A stretch of DNA of 64,000 nt from Escherichia coli (GCF_024298765.1 NZ_CP101210.1); one strand, 5' to 3'; positions 32,130 to 42,593 are shown, numbered from the stretch's first letter. The notes: a model not told the origin generated them from the sequence alone. Numbers and translations are program-made.

Positions 32130-32662
32130 TGTTAGATATTTTAGACGTTACTAGATTAAAAAGCATTAGTTCAGGAGTGAATTGACATTCTCATTTTTCA
32201 TGGCACAGGGTAGATCTGGCGTGGTTGTCCGCTTTGTGCCAACAGCGGACGTTACTAACGAAACTGTGAGTTAAAAACGGGAGCTGGTCACCTCCATCCC
32301 GCGAAATGGAATTCAAAAATGCCCTCATGTACGGTACTTCTAGTCTGATGTGAGCATTTTCGTGGATTTTTTCGAGCCACTCCAACGAATGATTACATTC
32401 AGTTTCGGGCACTAAAACGTCATAAATCCGCAAGTTGAGGAGTAGCGATCAGCCAATTGGTTAAAAAACAGCTTTAATTCCCTTTTTCAAGCAGGCTCCT
32501 TGTCGCACGTCTGGTGCATCCAATTCATTTCAGTTACCCTGATGCCATACTGGCACGGACTAGCTCTCTTAATTGGCGCTGGTTTGTTAACCTTGTCCGC
32601 TGTCGGGTCTTTGTAAGTTGTAATTCCTAAACTAGCATAATTTTATTATAAGGCCTCTTACT

Positions 32663-33688
32663 ATGCACATTTTATCTGTTTCAAAAAAGGAAGTTGGAAG
32701 AGCTGGGGATAGATTAGTTTCTCAGTTTGGTACAGGTGAAAAATATAAAGAGGAAGATGTACAAATTCTTCATGAGTGGAGGATGTTGCATTTATATCCT
32801 TTAAGTAAAATACAATTTTATATGGAAAGAGAGGCTATTTCCTTAAACAAAAATGCGTTACTATCCTCTAGAATTAAGAGGATGCCTTCCATTGTTACTA
32901 AGCTTTCTAGATTTCCTGATATGAAGTTAAATAAGATGCAGGATCTTGGTGGGTGCCGGGCTATTTTAAATAATCTGGATCAAGTGTATGATTTAGTTAA
33001 TAAAATAAAATCATCTAAATTCTCACATGAACTAGTTAGAATGGATGATTACATGATAGACGTGAAAGATTCTGGTTATAGAAGCTTTCATATGGTCTAT
33101 TCATTCCAAAATAAAAAATTTCCATCTTTAAATGGGTTGCGCATTGAAATGCAAATAAGAACAGCTATTCAACATAGCTGGGCTACAGCAGTTGAAATGG
33201 TTGGTTTGTTTCGAAAGGAATCATTGAAATCTGGTTTTGGTGATGCAAGATGGCTTAGGTTTTTTGAATTGGTATCAGAGCTTTTTTATAAACTTGAGTA
33301 TGAAAAAGAACCATCTGGGAGTTATATAAAAATATCAGAAGAATTAAGTTATTTATCCGTCGAGTTGAATGTTTTCGATATATTAGCTGCTTACAATGCC
33401 GTAGTTAGCCATATTGAGGGTAGCAAAAAATATGATAAAGGACTTTGCATAATTGTTGTTGATACCATAAAGCGGAATATAAATATAAAGAGCTTCGAAA
33501 ATCACAATCATGCGAAGGCGGCAGAAGCTTATGTCGAGTCTGAAAAATACTGCGCGGAAAATAAAGGCTGTGAAGTGGCTATGGTTTCTGTTAGTTCAAT
33601 TAGTGAATTAAAAAATGCATATCCTGCTTACTTTTTAGATACGAAAACTTTTTTAAATTATCTCAGTAGGTATGTTTTTATAAAATAA
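32663..33688 (+). CDS. RelA/SpoT-homologue synthetase-domain protein (341 aa); candidate fused toxSAS toxin-antitoxin
   Basis: All four synthetase motifs present: RIKRMPSIVTK (RxKxxxSxxxK), DLGGCR (DxxGxR), GYRSFH, EMQIRTAIQHSWA (ExQIRT...W). About 130-aa C-terminal extension, no adjacent partner ORF, and much lower GC than the flanks. Confidence 0.75.
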   Translation: MHILSVSKKEVGRAGDRLVSQFGTGEKYKEEDVQILHEWRMLHLYPLSKIQFYMEREAISLNKNALLSSRIKRMPSIVTKLSRFPDMKLNKMQDLGGCRAILNNLDQVYDLVNKIKSSKFSHELVRMDDYMIDVKDSGYRSFHMVYSFQNKKFPSLNGLRIEMQIRTAIQHSWATAVEMVGLFRKESLKSGFGDARWLRFFELVSELFYKLEYEKEPSGSYIKISEELSYLSVELNVFDILAAYNAVVSHIEGSKKYDKGLCIIVVDTIKRNINIKSFENHNHAKAAEAYVESEKYCAENKGCEVAMVSVSSISELKNAYPAYFLDTKTFLNYLSRYVFIK

Positions 33689-34121
33689 AAAATGTTATCT
33701 GGAGTGGTCTGAATTCTACTAACTTAGTTTTTTCAGACCGCTTCTGACCACAATGGCCTGTGAGGTTCTGCTGCTAGTCAACATAAAATAACAAAGCCGG
33801 CAGGTGGTGGTTGTTGTAAAGTTATTCAATGACATTCATGGAGGCTTAAGCGAATTATTTGTCCCTGGTCGGTATGGTGGCAACAGCTTGTTGCGAGAAT
33901 TTGGCTAATTTGGACTGACTTCCGCTCCTTGCTCAAAGCGGACTAGAAGGTTAGCTTGTGTCGGACTTTGCGTATTAAAAGAAGTGCTGGTGGTGACTAG
34001 TGGTTGAGCCCCATTTCCACAGAAAAAATCAGAGAAACTATACCCAATAGTTGTATTGAATCACTGACGAGACAGCCTCATATTCATCAGGACTGGTGTA
34101 CGTCCAATACAGGAGGTTGTG

Positions 34122-34211
34122 GTGCTGGTTCTCAAATGTGCGCTGGCTATTACGGCTGTAATGGCGATTTATTGTCTTGCTATTGTTCTTATGGATCGCC
34201 TTTCTGACTGA
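34122..34211 (+). CDS. Possible 29-aa hydrophobic micro-ORF
   Basis: AGGAGG five nt before a GTG; encodes VLVLKCALAITAVMAIYCLAIVLMDRLSD; may be spurious. Confidence 0.2.
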   Translation: MLVLKCALAITAVMAIYCLAIVLMDRLSD

Positions 34212-34422
34212 TTTCATATTGGCGAGGTAAAGGTAGTTAAGTAGAATGGCTGCGGGTGCTTGAGGCTATCTGCCTCGGGCATGAACACCAAAGGCAGATA
34301 GAGAAAAGCCCCAGTTAACATTACGCGTCCTGCAAGACGCTTAACATTAATCTGAGGCCAATTTCATGCTAGACACATGTAGGTTAGCCTCTTACGTGCC
34401 GGAAGGCAAGGAGAAGCAGGCT

Positions 34423-34578
34423 ATGAAGCAGCAAAAGGCGATGTTAATCGCCCTGATCGTCATCTGTTTAACCGTCATAGTGACGGCACTGGTAACGAGG
34501 AAAGACCTCTGCGAGGTACGAATCCGAACCGGCCAGACGGAGGTCGCTGTCTTCACAGCTTACGAACCTGAGGAGTAA
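34423..34578 (+). CDS. hokD: Hok-family type I toxin (51 aa) with overlapping mok-like frame starting at 34366
   Basis: MKQQKAMLIALIVICLTVIVTALVTRKDLCEVRIRTGQTEVAVFTAYEPEE matches recalled HokD; AAGGAGAAG RBS; upstream in-frame extension resembles mok. Confidence 0.85.
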   Translation: MKQQKAMLIALIVICLTVIVTALVTRKDLCEVRIRTGQTEVAVFTAYEPEE

Positions 34579-34648
34579 GAGACCCGGCGAGGGAGAAATC
34601 CCTCGCCACCTCTGATGTGGCAGGCATCCTCAACGCACCCGCACTTAA

Positions 34649-34670
34649 CCCGCTTCGGCGGGTTTTTGTT
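34649..34670 (+). terminator. Rho-independent terminator after hok
   Basis: CCCGC-ttcg-GCGGG hairpin followed by TTTTTGTTTTT. Confidence 0.6.
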
Positions 34671-34794
34671 TTTATTTTCAACGCGTTTGAAGTTCTGGAC
34701 GGTGCCGGAATAGAATCAAAAATACTTAAGTAGCGCGCAGGGATAAGAGGGATGGTCCCTTAAAGGGGAGAGCTAATTATCCGGAAGGATTCTG

Positions 34795-35046
34795 ATGATG
34801 AACATCGAAGAACTGCGTAAAATTTTTTGTGAAGATGGCCTCTATGCTGTGTGCGTTGAAAATGGAAATCTTGTTAGTCATTACCGCATTATGTGTTTGC
34901 GAAAGAATGGGGCTGCGTTAATTAATTTTGTGGATGGTCGAGTGACAGACGGATTTATCTTGCGCGAAGGTGAGTTTGTCACTTCATTACAGGCACTGAA
35001 AGAGATCGGAATAAAAGCAGGCTTTTCAGCTTTTGCAGAAGAATAA
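34795..35046 (+). CDS. rem: Rem-like prophage protein (83 aa)
   Basis: 83-aa ORF between hokD and ydfU, as in Qin; identity assigned by position and length. Confidence 0.7.
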   Translation: MMNIEELRKIFCEDGLYAVCVENGNLVSHYRIMCLRKNGAALINFVDGRVTDGFILREGEFVTSLQALKEIGIKAGFSAFAEE

Positions 35047-35112
35047 ACTCATCTACAATCTTGCGCGGGGCTGAACTCCCGCTGAGTAACACCGTGCCAC
35101 CGGAGAAAACCG

Positions 35113-35391
35113 ATGGCACGCAACGTAAAATATTACAATTCTGATAATTCGCCCGTTCTTGCCTGCACGCACGGGCGGTATTCTCACGCATTCAAGTCTG
35201 AATGGTTCCAGCACCCTCCATGCACTGCAGAACAGGCCGAATGGCTGATTCATTCTTACTGCAGGCGCGGGTTCGAGGTTAAGAAAGCTCTCAGTCTCGA
35301 CTATCGGCACTGGATAATCTCTGTCAGGCTGCCTTATTCCGAACGCCCACCACGTGCGTCCCGCACTTTCCAGCAACGGATCTGGAGGTAA
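35113..35391 (+). CDS. Hypothetical 92-aa protein
   Basis: GGAG RBS; its stop TAA sits immediately before the GTG start of ydfU, suggesting coupling. Confidence 0.35.
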   Translation: MARNVKYYNSDNSPVLACTHGRYSHAFKSEWFQHPPCTAEQAEWLIHSYCRRGFEVKKALSLDYRHWIISVRLPYSERPPRASRTFQQRIWR

Positions 35392-35392
35392 C

Positions 35393-36442
35393 GTGCGGGT
35401 ATTACTTAGACCTGTTCTGGTGCCTGAGCTTGGGCTGGTGGTCCTTAAGCCGGGCCGTGAATCCATACAGATATTTCATAATCCTCGAGTGCTGGTGGAA
35501 CCGGAACCAAAAAGCATGCGTAATCTGCCATCCGGAGTCGTTCCTGCCGTTCGCCAGCCGCTGGCGGAAGACAAAACATTGCTGCCGTTTTTTAGTAACG
35601 AACGGGTGATTCGTGCTGCTGGCGGCGTTGGCGCATTGTCTGACTGGCTATTACGTCATATTACATCCTGCCAGTGGCCTAATGGCGATTACCATCACAC
35701 TGAAACAGTCATTCACCGTTATGGTACCGGCGCAATGGTGTTGTGCTGGCACTGCGACAACCAACTGCGTGACCAGACATCGGAATCACTGGAGCTGCTT
35801 GCTCAACAAAATCTGACAGCATGGGTGATTGACGTCATCCGTCACGCAATAAGCGGTACGCAGGAGCGGGAATTATCTTTGGCTGAATTATCCTGGTGGG
35901 CGGTCTGCAATCAGGTGGTGGATGCACTACCTGAGGCTGTATCGCGTCGTTCGCTGGGATTACCAGCGGAAAAAATCTGCTCGGTGTACCGCGAAAGCGA
36001 CATCGTACCGGGAGAGCAGACCGCCACCAGCATATTGAAACAACGCACAAAAAATCTTGCACCGTTGCCTTACGCCCACCAGCAACAAAAACCACCACAG
36101 GAAAAGACGGTGGTAAGCATCAACGTTGATCCAGAGTCTCCGGAATCTTTCATGAAGCTGCCTAAACGTCGCCGCTGGGTTAAGGAGAAATACACTCGTT
36201 GGGTTAAGACACAGCCGTGTGCTTGCTGCGGTATGCCAGCCGACGATCCGCATCATCTGATTGGTCACGGGCAGGGCGGAATGGGAACAAAAGCACATGA
36301 TCTCTTTGTGTTGCCTTTGTGCAGAAAGCATCACAACGAGCTGCATACGGATACAGTGGCATTTGAAGAGAAGTATGGCTCCCAACTGGAGCTGATATTT
36401 CGTTTTATCGATCGCGCGCTGGCAACTGGCGTACTGGCGTAA
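35393..36442 (+). CDS. ydfU: DUF968-type prophage protein (349 aa), GTG start
   Basis: GGAGG RBS before GTG at 35393; C-terminal CACCGMPADDPHH...CRKHHNELH Cys/His cluster; position upstream of quuQ. Confidence 0.72.
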   Translation: MRVLLRPVLVPELGLVVLKPGRESIQIFHNPRVLVEPEPKSMRNLPSGVVPAVRQPLAEDKTLLPFFSNERVIRAAGGVGALSDWLLRHITSCQWPNGDYHHTETVIHRYGTGAMVLCWHCDNQLRDQTSESLELLAQQNLTAWVIDVIRHAISGTQERELSLAELSWWAVCNQVVDALPEAVSRRSLGLPAEKICSVYRESDIVPGEQTATSILKQRTKNLAPLPYAHQQQKPPQEKTVVSINVDPESPESFMKLPKRRRWVKEKYTRWVKTQPCACCGMPADDPHHLIGHGQGGMGTKAHDLFVLPLCRKHHNELHTDTVAFEEKYGSQLELIFRFIDRALATGVLA

Positions 36443-36455
36443 GTGGAGAACGAGC

Positions 36456-37208
36456 ATGAACCTTGAAGCCTTACCAAAATATTACTCCCCAAAATCTCCA
36501 AAATTGAGCGATGACGCTCCAGCGACAGGCACCGGTTGTTTAACAATTACGGATGTAATGGCAGCGCAGGGGATGGTGCAGTCGAAAGCACCACTTGGGT
36601 TGGCCTTATTTCTGGCAAAAGTTGGTGTTCAGGACCCTCAGTTTGCGATTGAAGGCCTGCTAAATTACGCGATGGCACTGGATAACCCGACATTGAACAA
36701 ATTGAGTGAAGAAATCCGGTTACAGATTATTCCTTACCTCGTGAATTTTGCCTTTGCTGATTACTCCAGGTCTGCGGCAAGTAAGGCTCGCTGTGAGCAT
36801 TGTTCAGGTACGGGATTTTATAATGTATTGCGCGAAGTGGTGAAACACTACAGACGCGGGGAATCTGTAATCAAGGAAGAATGGGTGAAGGAACTATGTC
36901 AGCATTGCCATGGTAAGGGCGAAGTCAGCACAGCGTGCAGAGGGTGTAAGGGTAAAGGGATTGTTCTGGATGAAAAAAGAACCCGGTTTCATGGCGTACC
37001 GGTATATAAGATTTGTGGGCGTTGTAATGGAAACCGATTTAGTCGTTTACCGACCACGCTGGCACGACGTCATGTCCAGAAGCTGGTACCAGACCTGACC
37101 GATTATCAGTGGTATAAGGGGTATGCGGACGTCATTGATAAACTGGTAACAAAGTGCTGGCAGGAAGAAGCATACGCGGAAGCGCAATTGAGGAAGGTGA
37201 CGAGATAA
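36456..37208 (+). CDS. quuQ: Late-gene antiterminator Q-like protein (250 aa)
   Basis: Cys-rich zinc-binding region (CEHCSGTGF...[21 protein letters not shown]...CGRCNG); followed by a terminator as in a pR'-tR' unit. Confidence 0.85.
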   Translation: MNLEALPKYYSPKSPKLSDDAPATGTGCLTITDVMAAQGMVQSKAPLGLALFLAKVGVQDPQFAIEGLLNYAMALDNPTLNKLSEEIRLQIIPYLVNFAFADYSRSAASKARCEHCSGTGFYNVLREVVKHYRRGESVIKEEWVKELCQHCHGKGEVSTACRGCKGKGIVLDEKRTRFHGVPVYKICGRCNGNRFSRLPTTLARRHVQKLVPDLTDYQWYKGYADVIDKLVTKCWQEEAYAEAQLRKVTR

Positions 37209-37315
37209 ATGATTTTTGCTGAAGATGGCGACATGATGTTTGCATTTTTCAAAAAACATGGATAAGATTCTCTCAACGATGGGCTTTGTGTATCCGACGT
37301 TTAGAAAAAAGTAGA

Positions 37316-37340
37316 AAACCCGCTTATAAGCGGGTTTTTG
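37316..37340 (+). terminator. Rho-independent terminator downstream of Q (tR'-like)
   Basis: AAACCCGC-ttataa-GCGGGTTT hairpin followed by TTTTG. Confidence 0.6.
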
Positions 37341-37382
37341 TGCTTTAAATGGGGCAATAGAGATATTGAATCTCATCCCGGG

Positions 37383-37573
37383 ATAAACATTGGCAGTTGA
37401 AGGTCCACGCGAACCATTTATCCGGCAAAATTCCACGCGTAATCCTGTGGTAATTTCTTCTGCATCTCGAAGATTGAGAGCTGAAACGTGAAGCTGGGCA
37501 TCGATACGCCATCGGATGGGAATATAAGACCTTTGCTGCTTTTGTAGTCAAAGTTTTTGACAATTCCTGTCAT
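37383..37573 (-). pseudogene. cspF: Cold-shock protein CspF-like gene with internal frameshift
   Basis: From the ATG at 37573 the frame reads [22 protein letters not shown]; the rest of the CspF-like sequence ([10 protein letters not shown]...[20 protein letters not shown]) continues in another frame and has no in-frame stop at the expected position. Confidence 0.55.
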
Positions 37574-37883
37574 TTTAGGGGACAGAAAAACTCCTTAATA
37601 CTGATAACCTGGTGCACCATACACACGTTCCTGGAGAAAACTACTTTTTTGATAGGGTTGAAGGTGGCTGGATGTCTAAAATAAACATTGCTTCATATGT
37701 TCAACTATGAGTTAATGACTGCGTCGGTTTGAAGAACAGACGATATACGAAGTAGTTTACTAAAGCAGTTCTCATTTCAGGTGTTATTCACTTATTCCTT
37801 CTTTGAGTCTCTCCAATTAAGTACGAAGTCGTTTCTGTTATGCAAACCATTTATGCCGAAAGGCTCAAGTTAAGGAATGTAGA

Positions 37884-38099
37884 ATGTCAAATAAAATGAC
37901 TGGTTTAGTAAAATGGTTTAACGCTGATAAAGGTTTCGGCTTTATTTCTCCTGTTGATGGTAGTAAAGATGTGTTTGTGCATTTTTCTGCGATTCAGAAT
38001 GATAATTATCGAACCTTATTTGAAGGTCAAAAGGTTACCTTCTCTATAGAGAGTGGTGCTAAAGGTCCTGCAGCAGTAAATGTCATCATTACTGATTAA
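37884..38099 (+). CDS. cspB: Cold-shock protein CspB (71 aa)
   Basis: [71 protein letters not shown]; long AT-rich 5' leader typical of csp genes. Confidence 0.95.
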   Translation: MSNKMTGLVKWFNADKGFGFISPVDGSKDVFVHFSAIQNDNYRTLFEGQKVTFSIESGAKGPAAVNVIITD

Positions 38100-38382
38100 A
38101 ATTCATCGCTCGTCTGTATACGATAACGAAGAAGGCTGATGCCTGAGTAGAGATACGGACAGAGTAGTGAATATTGGATCTCTTTAATAAAAAGTAAGGA
38201 GGTCCAATACATGAAACAATGGCCAGCATATTTGGCAAAATCTTAATCAGGAAAAGTATGCTAACCATTGTGGTGAAGTGCAGGTTTGCTGCATGAATAG
38301 TTTTACAGCAGAAGCTAACTGCTGGCATGGCAAAACAAAGTGCGTAAGTGGATGACTCCCACAAAAAGCACCACAATCTCAA

Positions 38383-38404
38383 ACCCGCTCAGGCGGGTTT
38401 TTTA
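38383..38404 (+). terminator. Rho-independent terminator after cspB
   Basis: CCCGC-tcag-GCGGG hairpin followed by TTTTTTATT. Confidence 0.65.
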
Positions 38405-38462
38405 TTATCTGCTTTAAATATATTATTAAAATATAAAAAATACTTGTTACTAATAAAATCAA

Positions 38463-38633
38463 TCAGGCTACAGCTTTAAGATTTGTCTGGAATACTTTGT
38501 TGCAATGAGGGCAGATCAAAAGGGCACCTTTTTGTACTCTTGAAAAACTGTGTTCTGACTCTTGGGTGCAGTTTGGGCAGGAACATTTAACGAGATAATT
38601 ACGGCGTGATTTTGAGTCTTTACGTTCTGACAT
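38463..38633 (-). CDS. Small zinc-ribbon protein, YdfK/YnaE-like (56 aa; family assignment tentative)
   Basis: MSERKDSKSRRNYLVKCSCPNCTQESEHSFSRVQKGALLICPHCNKVF with CxxC...CxxC. Confidence 0.5.
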   Translation of the reverse strand: MSERKDSKSRRNYLVKCSCPNCTQESEHSFSRVQKGALLICPHCNKVFQTNLKAVA

Positions 38634-38852
38634 AGGCTTTTCCTGTATAAATGGCCGTATACAGTACACTAAATATGAAAACATTTCTCGTATTATTATT
38701 TTATATATGACTTTCTTTCAAAATAATTACTCACATTTTTAATGTGTATGTTTCTTTAGCGCCGTTGAGAACAACGTGTGCTGTCAAAACTACCCCGTAG
38801 ACTCCGATCTTTTCAAACATATTGCACCATCCGTGTACATCGGGGTGAGGAT

Positions 38853-39068
38853 ATGAAATCAATGGATAAGTTAACAACAGGTGTTGCCTATGGCACATCG
38901 GCGGGTAATGCTGGTTTCTGGGCATTGCAGTTACTCGATAAAGTAACTCCGTCACAGTGGGCTGCAATCGGTGTGCTGGGTAGCCTGGTTTTTGGCCTGC
39001 TGACGTATCTGACAAATCTTTATTTCAAGATTAAAGAAGACAGGCGTAAGGCTGCGAGAGGAGAGTAA
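38853..39068 (+). CDS. essQ: Class II pinholin (phage 21 S-like), dual start giving 71 and 68 aa
   Basis: [71 protein letters not shown]; two in-frame Met three codons apart, as in the S21 antiholin/holin pair. Confidence 0.85.
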   Translation: MKSMDKLTTGVAYGTSAGNAGFWALQLLDKVTPSQWAAIGVLGSLVFGLLTYLTNLYFKIKEDRRKAARGE

Positions 39069-39072
39069 TCCA

Positions 39073-39380
39073 ATGACTCAAGACTATGAACTGGTTGTGA
39101 AAGGAGTCCGTAATTTTGAGAATAAAGTTACGGTAACTGTAGCCTTACAGGACAAAGAACGCTTTGACGGTGAAATTTTTGACCTGGATGTCGCCATGGA
39201 CCGTGTTGAAGGAGCTGCGCTGGAGTTTTATGAGGCAGCAGCCAGAAGGAGCGTCCGGCAAGTCTTCCTGGAAGTAGCAGAAAAATTGTCAGAAAAAGTT
39301 GAGTCTTATCTGCAGCATCAGTACTCCTTTAAGATTGAAAATCCTGCCAATAAGCACGAGCGTCCTCATCATAAATATCT

Positions 39381-39384
<4 letters not shown>
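39073..39384 (+). CDS. ydfR: Prophage protein YdfR (103 aa)
   Basis: 103-aa ORF between holin and endolysin, overlapping the endolysin start. Confidence 0.78.
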
Positions 39385-40408
<1,024 letters not shown>

Positions 40409-40771
40409 GGTAATATTAAATCGGAACATTTACATCGCGGAATGTAAAATTTAAATAAAAAGGACTCTTCCATGAGCCAAAATTCCTGAAATCTTAAGGG
40501 TAAGATAAAAGGTCTTAATCAGAATGACACGTTTTATTAATAAATAAAGCTATTCTTTCATTGCTGTGTTTTTCTTTACAAAAGTAATCCTTGCTATGGG
40601 TGGTTAATCATGCGTTAATGGTGTTCTGGTTTGTTACAAATTTATCTGAAGCAGTCATTTTTATAATTTTATTATTTGTACCTCTTGAGATTTCCTTGTT
40701 GGTTTTTCTCTCTGATATTTTTTTTTCGGACCATTCTGCCCAAGGGCTAATTTCTTCAAAAGGTAATAATT

Positions 40772-40984
40772 ATGTCTAACAAAATGACTGGTTTAGTGAA
40801 ATGGTTTAACCCTGAAAAAGGTTTTGGTTTCATCACGCCGAAAGATGGCAGCAAAGATGTGTTTGTCCATTTCTCAGCAATTCAGAGCAACGATTTCAAA
40901 ACATTAACTGAGAATCAGGAAGTTGAATTTGGTATTGAGAACGGACCTAAAGGTCCTGCCGCTGTTCATGTAGTGGCGCTTTGA
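40772..40984 (+). CDS. cspI: Cold-shock protein CspI (70 aa)
   Basis: [70 protein letters not shown]. Confidence 0.95.
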   Translation: MSNKMTGLVKWFNPEKGFGFITPKDGSKDVFVHFSAIQSNDFKTLTENQEVEFGIENGPKGPAAVHVVAL

Positions 40985-41190
40985 GGTAGACAATATTACA
41001 AACCATATTCACTTTAGATGCCCGTGTTGTCATGGTTCCCAGTATAGAACATCATCTTTTGATGTTTCTGACATGAATCCTTTCGGGGCAAAATGTATCT
41101 TTTGTAAATCAATGATGATTACATTTGATAATATTTCACAATACTTAAATGCCAGCCGTCTGTCGTTGGATTTAAAAAAGTGAAAATGAA

Positions 41191-41211
41191 GGCTCCTTCG
41201 GGAGCTTTTTT
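41191..41211 (+). terminator. Rho-independent terminator
   Basis: GGCTCC-ttcg-GGAGC hairpin followed by TTTTTT. Confidence 0.55.
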
Positions 41212-41255
41212 GCTTGGTGTCTATTCGATGGATACTCACATACTACGGTAACATC

Positions 41256-41486
41256 ATGAAAAAAATCATAGTTTTTTTTAACTCTGAACCAGCAGTGGTA
41301 GTGTCAGCGATGACTGGAGTTAACACCATCATGCGTGAATATCCAAATGGCGAAAAAACACACCTTACTGTAATGGCCGCAGGGTTTCCATCTCTGACCG
41401 GAGATCATAAAGTCATTTATGTAGCCGCGGATCGACATGTTACTTCAGAAGAAATTCTGGAAGCAGCAATAAGGCTCTTGAGTTGA
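41256..41486 (+). CDS. Hypothetical 76-aa protein
   Basis: ORF MKKIIVFFNSEPAVVVSAMTG...; weak RBS; no family recognised. Confidence 0.3.
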   Translation: MKKIIVFFNSEPAVVVSAMTGVNTIMREYPNGEKTHLTVMAAGFPSLTGDHKVIYVAADRHVTSEEILEAAIRLLS

Positions 41487-41657
41487 TTTGATGCTATTGC
41501 ATTGATAATTCAGGAAAATTCTCTTTGTCTGTTTGTGTAAAATTTAGACTATCGTATGTTGATTATTGCGATGTTTCATCTTATCTTTTACACGTTTGCA
41601 CCATATAATCGACTTACTGTGTAACTGGAAAGTCATAACAGACTAAAAGAGGAAATG

Positions 41658-41831
41658 ATGAATATTGAAGACTTAAAAACAAAAGCAGAAGCAGATATTT
41701 CTGAATATATAACAAAAAAAATTATTGAACTTAAGAAAAAGACCGGGAAAGAAGTTACCAGTATTCAGTTTACCGCACGGGAAAAAATGACGGGTCTTGA
41801 AAGCTATGATGTCAAGATTAATTTAATCTGA
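41658..41831 (+). CDS. gnsB: GnsA/GnsB-family protein (57 aa)
   Basis: MNIEDLKTKAEADISEYITKKIIELKKKTGKEVTSIQFTAREKMTGLESYDVKINLI; AAGAGGA RBS; below the 60-aa cutoff of the ORF track. Confidence 0.75.
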   Translation: MNIEDLKTKAEADISEYITKKIIELKKKTGKEVTSIQFTAREKMTGLESYDVKINLI

Positions 41832-41982
41832 TGTATTCAATAATAAAGTTTATCCATAAACCTCGTTTTTACGGGGTTTTGTTATATTTGAATGGTTCCG
41901 AATATCTAAATCACAATTGTTGATGGTTTTTATTAAACCAATGCAGTCCGGCTCAGGAGTGAGAGAAGCCGGACGTTATGGT

Positions 41983-42393
41983 TTAGCGTGGTAAGATCTG
42001 TGTAGTTTTCTGGATGCTTTCAGTAAATAGTAATGAGTTATCAAAGGCATAGTAATATCTTTGGTGTTCCTGGATATTTGTAACCCATCGGAAAACTCCT
42101 GCTTTAGCAAGATTTTCCCTGTATTGTTGAAATGTGATTTCTTTTGATTTCAACTTATTATAGGAGGTCTCTATAAGATGTTTGTTTCTGGAGAATTTAA
42201 CATTTACAACCTTTTTGAGTCCTTTTACTAACACTATGTTGTCGTTTTCTAACACAATGTGAATATTATCTGTGGCTAAATAGTAAATATAAAGTGAGAC
42301 ATTGTGACGTTTTAGCTCAGAATAAAATAATTCACAGTTTAAATCTTTACGCACTTGATCGAATATTTCTTTAAAAATGGCAGCCTGAGCCAT
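41983..42393 (-). CDS. ydfO: DUF1398/YdfO-like protein (136 aa from internal Met)
   Basis: GGAAGG RBS before the ATG at 42393; AT-rich gene; family assignment from memory, moderate. Confidence 0.55.
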   Translation of the reverse strand: MAQAAIFKEIFDQVRKDLNCELFYSELKRHNVSLYIYYLATDNIHIVLENDNIVLVKGLKKVVNVKFSRNKHLIETSYNKLKSKEITFQQYRENLAKAGVFRWVTNIQEHQRYYYAFDNSLLFTESIQKTTQILPR

Positions 42394-42593
42394 TGGTAAA
42401 CCTTCCATGTGATACGATGGCGCGTAGTTTGCGTAACAAAGTTGAGCCTTGCTGGCATCCAGGAGGGATATGCAACCGACAGATGTATGTAAGGTCGATG
42501 TACTCAAACTTTCATACTTTTCCTCTTTTATGCAGAAAGATTTGAAGTAATATTTTAACCGCTAGATGACGAGCAAACGCATGGAGCGACAAA

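Noticed and set aside
32191-32433. 80-aa minus-strand ORF in the AT-rich region upstream of the RelA/SpoT gene
   Set aside because: TTG start with no RBS and no recognisable features; more likely promoter or leader sequence. Kept in mind as a possible partner gene, but support is insufficient.
34004-34207. 67-aa Cys/Gly-rich ORF with TTG start
   Set aside because: No RBS and an odd low-complexity composition; overlaps in another frame the micro-ORF that does have a perfect SD.
35053-36457. Minus-strand ORFs 35053-35466, 35835-36098 and 35960-36457 antisense to the 92-aa ORF and ydfU
   Set aside because: Overlap better-supported plus-strand genes that have RBS and translational coupling; no independent support.
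37047-37436. 129-aa minus-strand ORF
   Set aside because: Only its first 18 codons are CspF-like (the frameshifted pseudogene tail); the remainder reads through the Q terminator and the antisense of Q.
38089-38382. 97-aa minus-strand ORF downstream of cspB
   Set aside because: Overlaps the cspB 3' end and terminator antisense; hydrophobic low-complexity; no RBS.
41030-41239. 69-aa minus-strand ORF
   Set aside because: Runs antisense across the terminator hairpin and the zinc-ribbon frame; no RBS.
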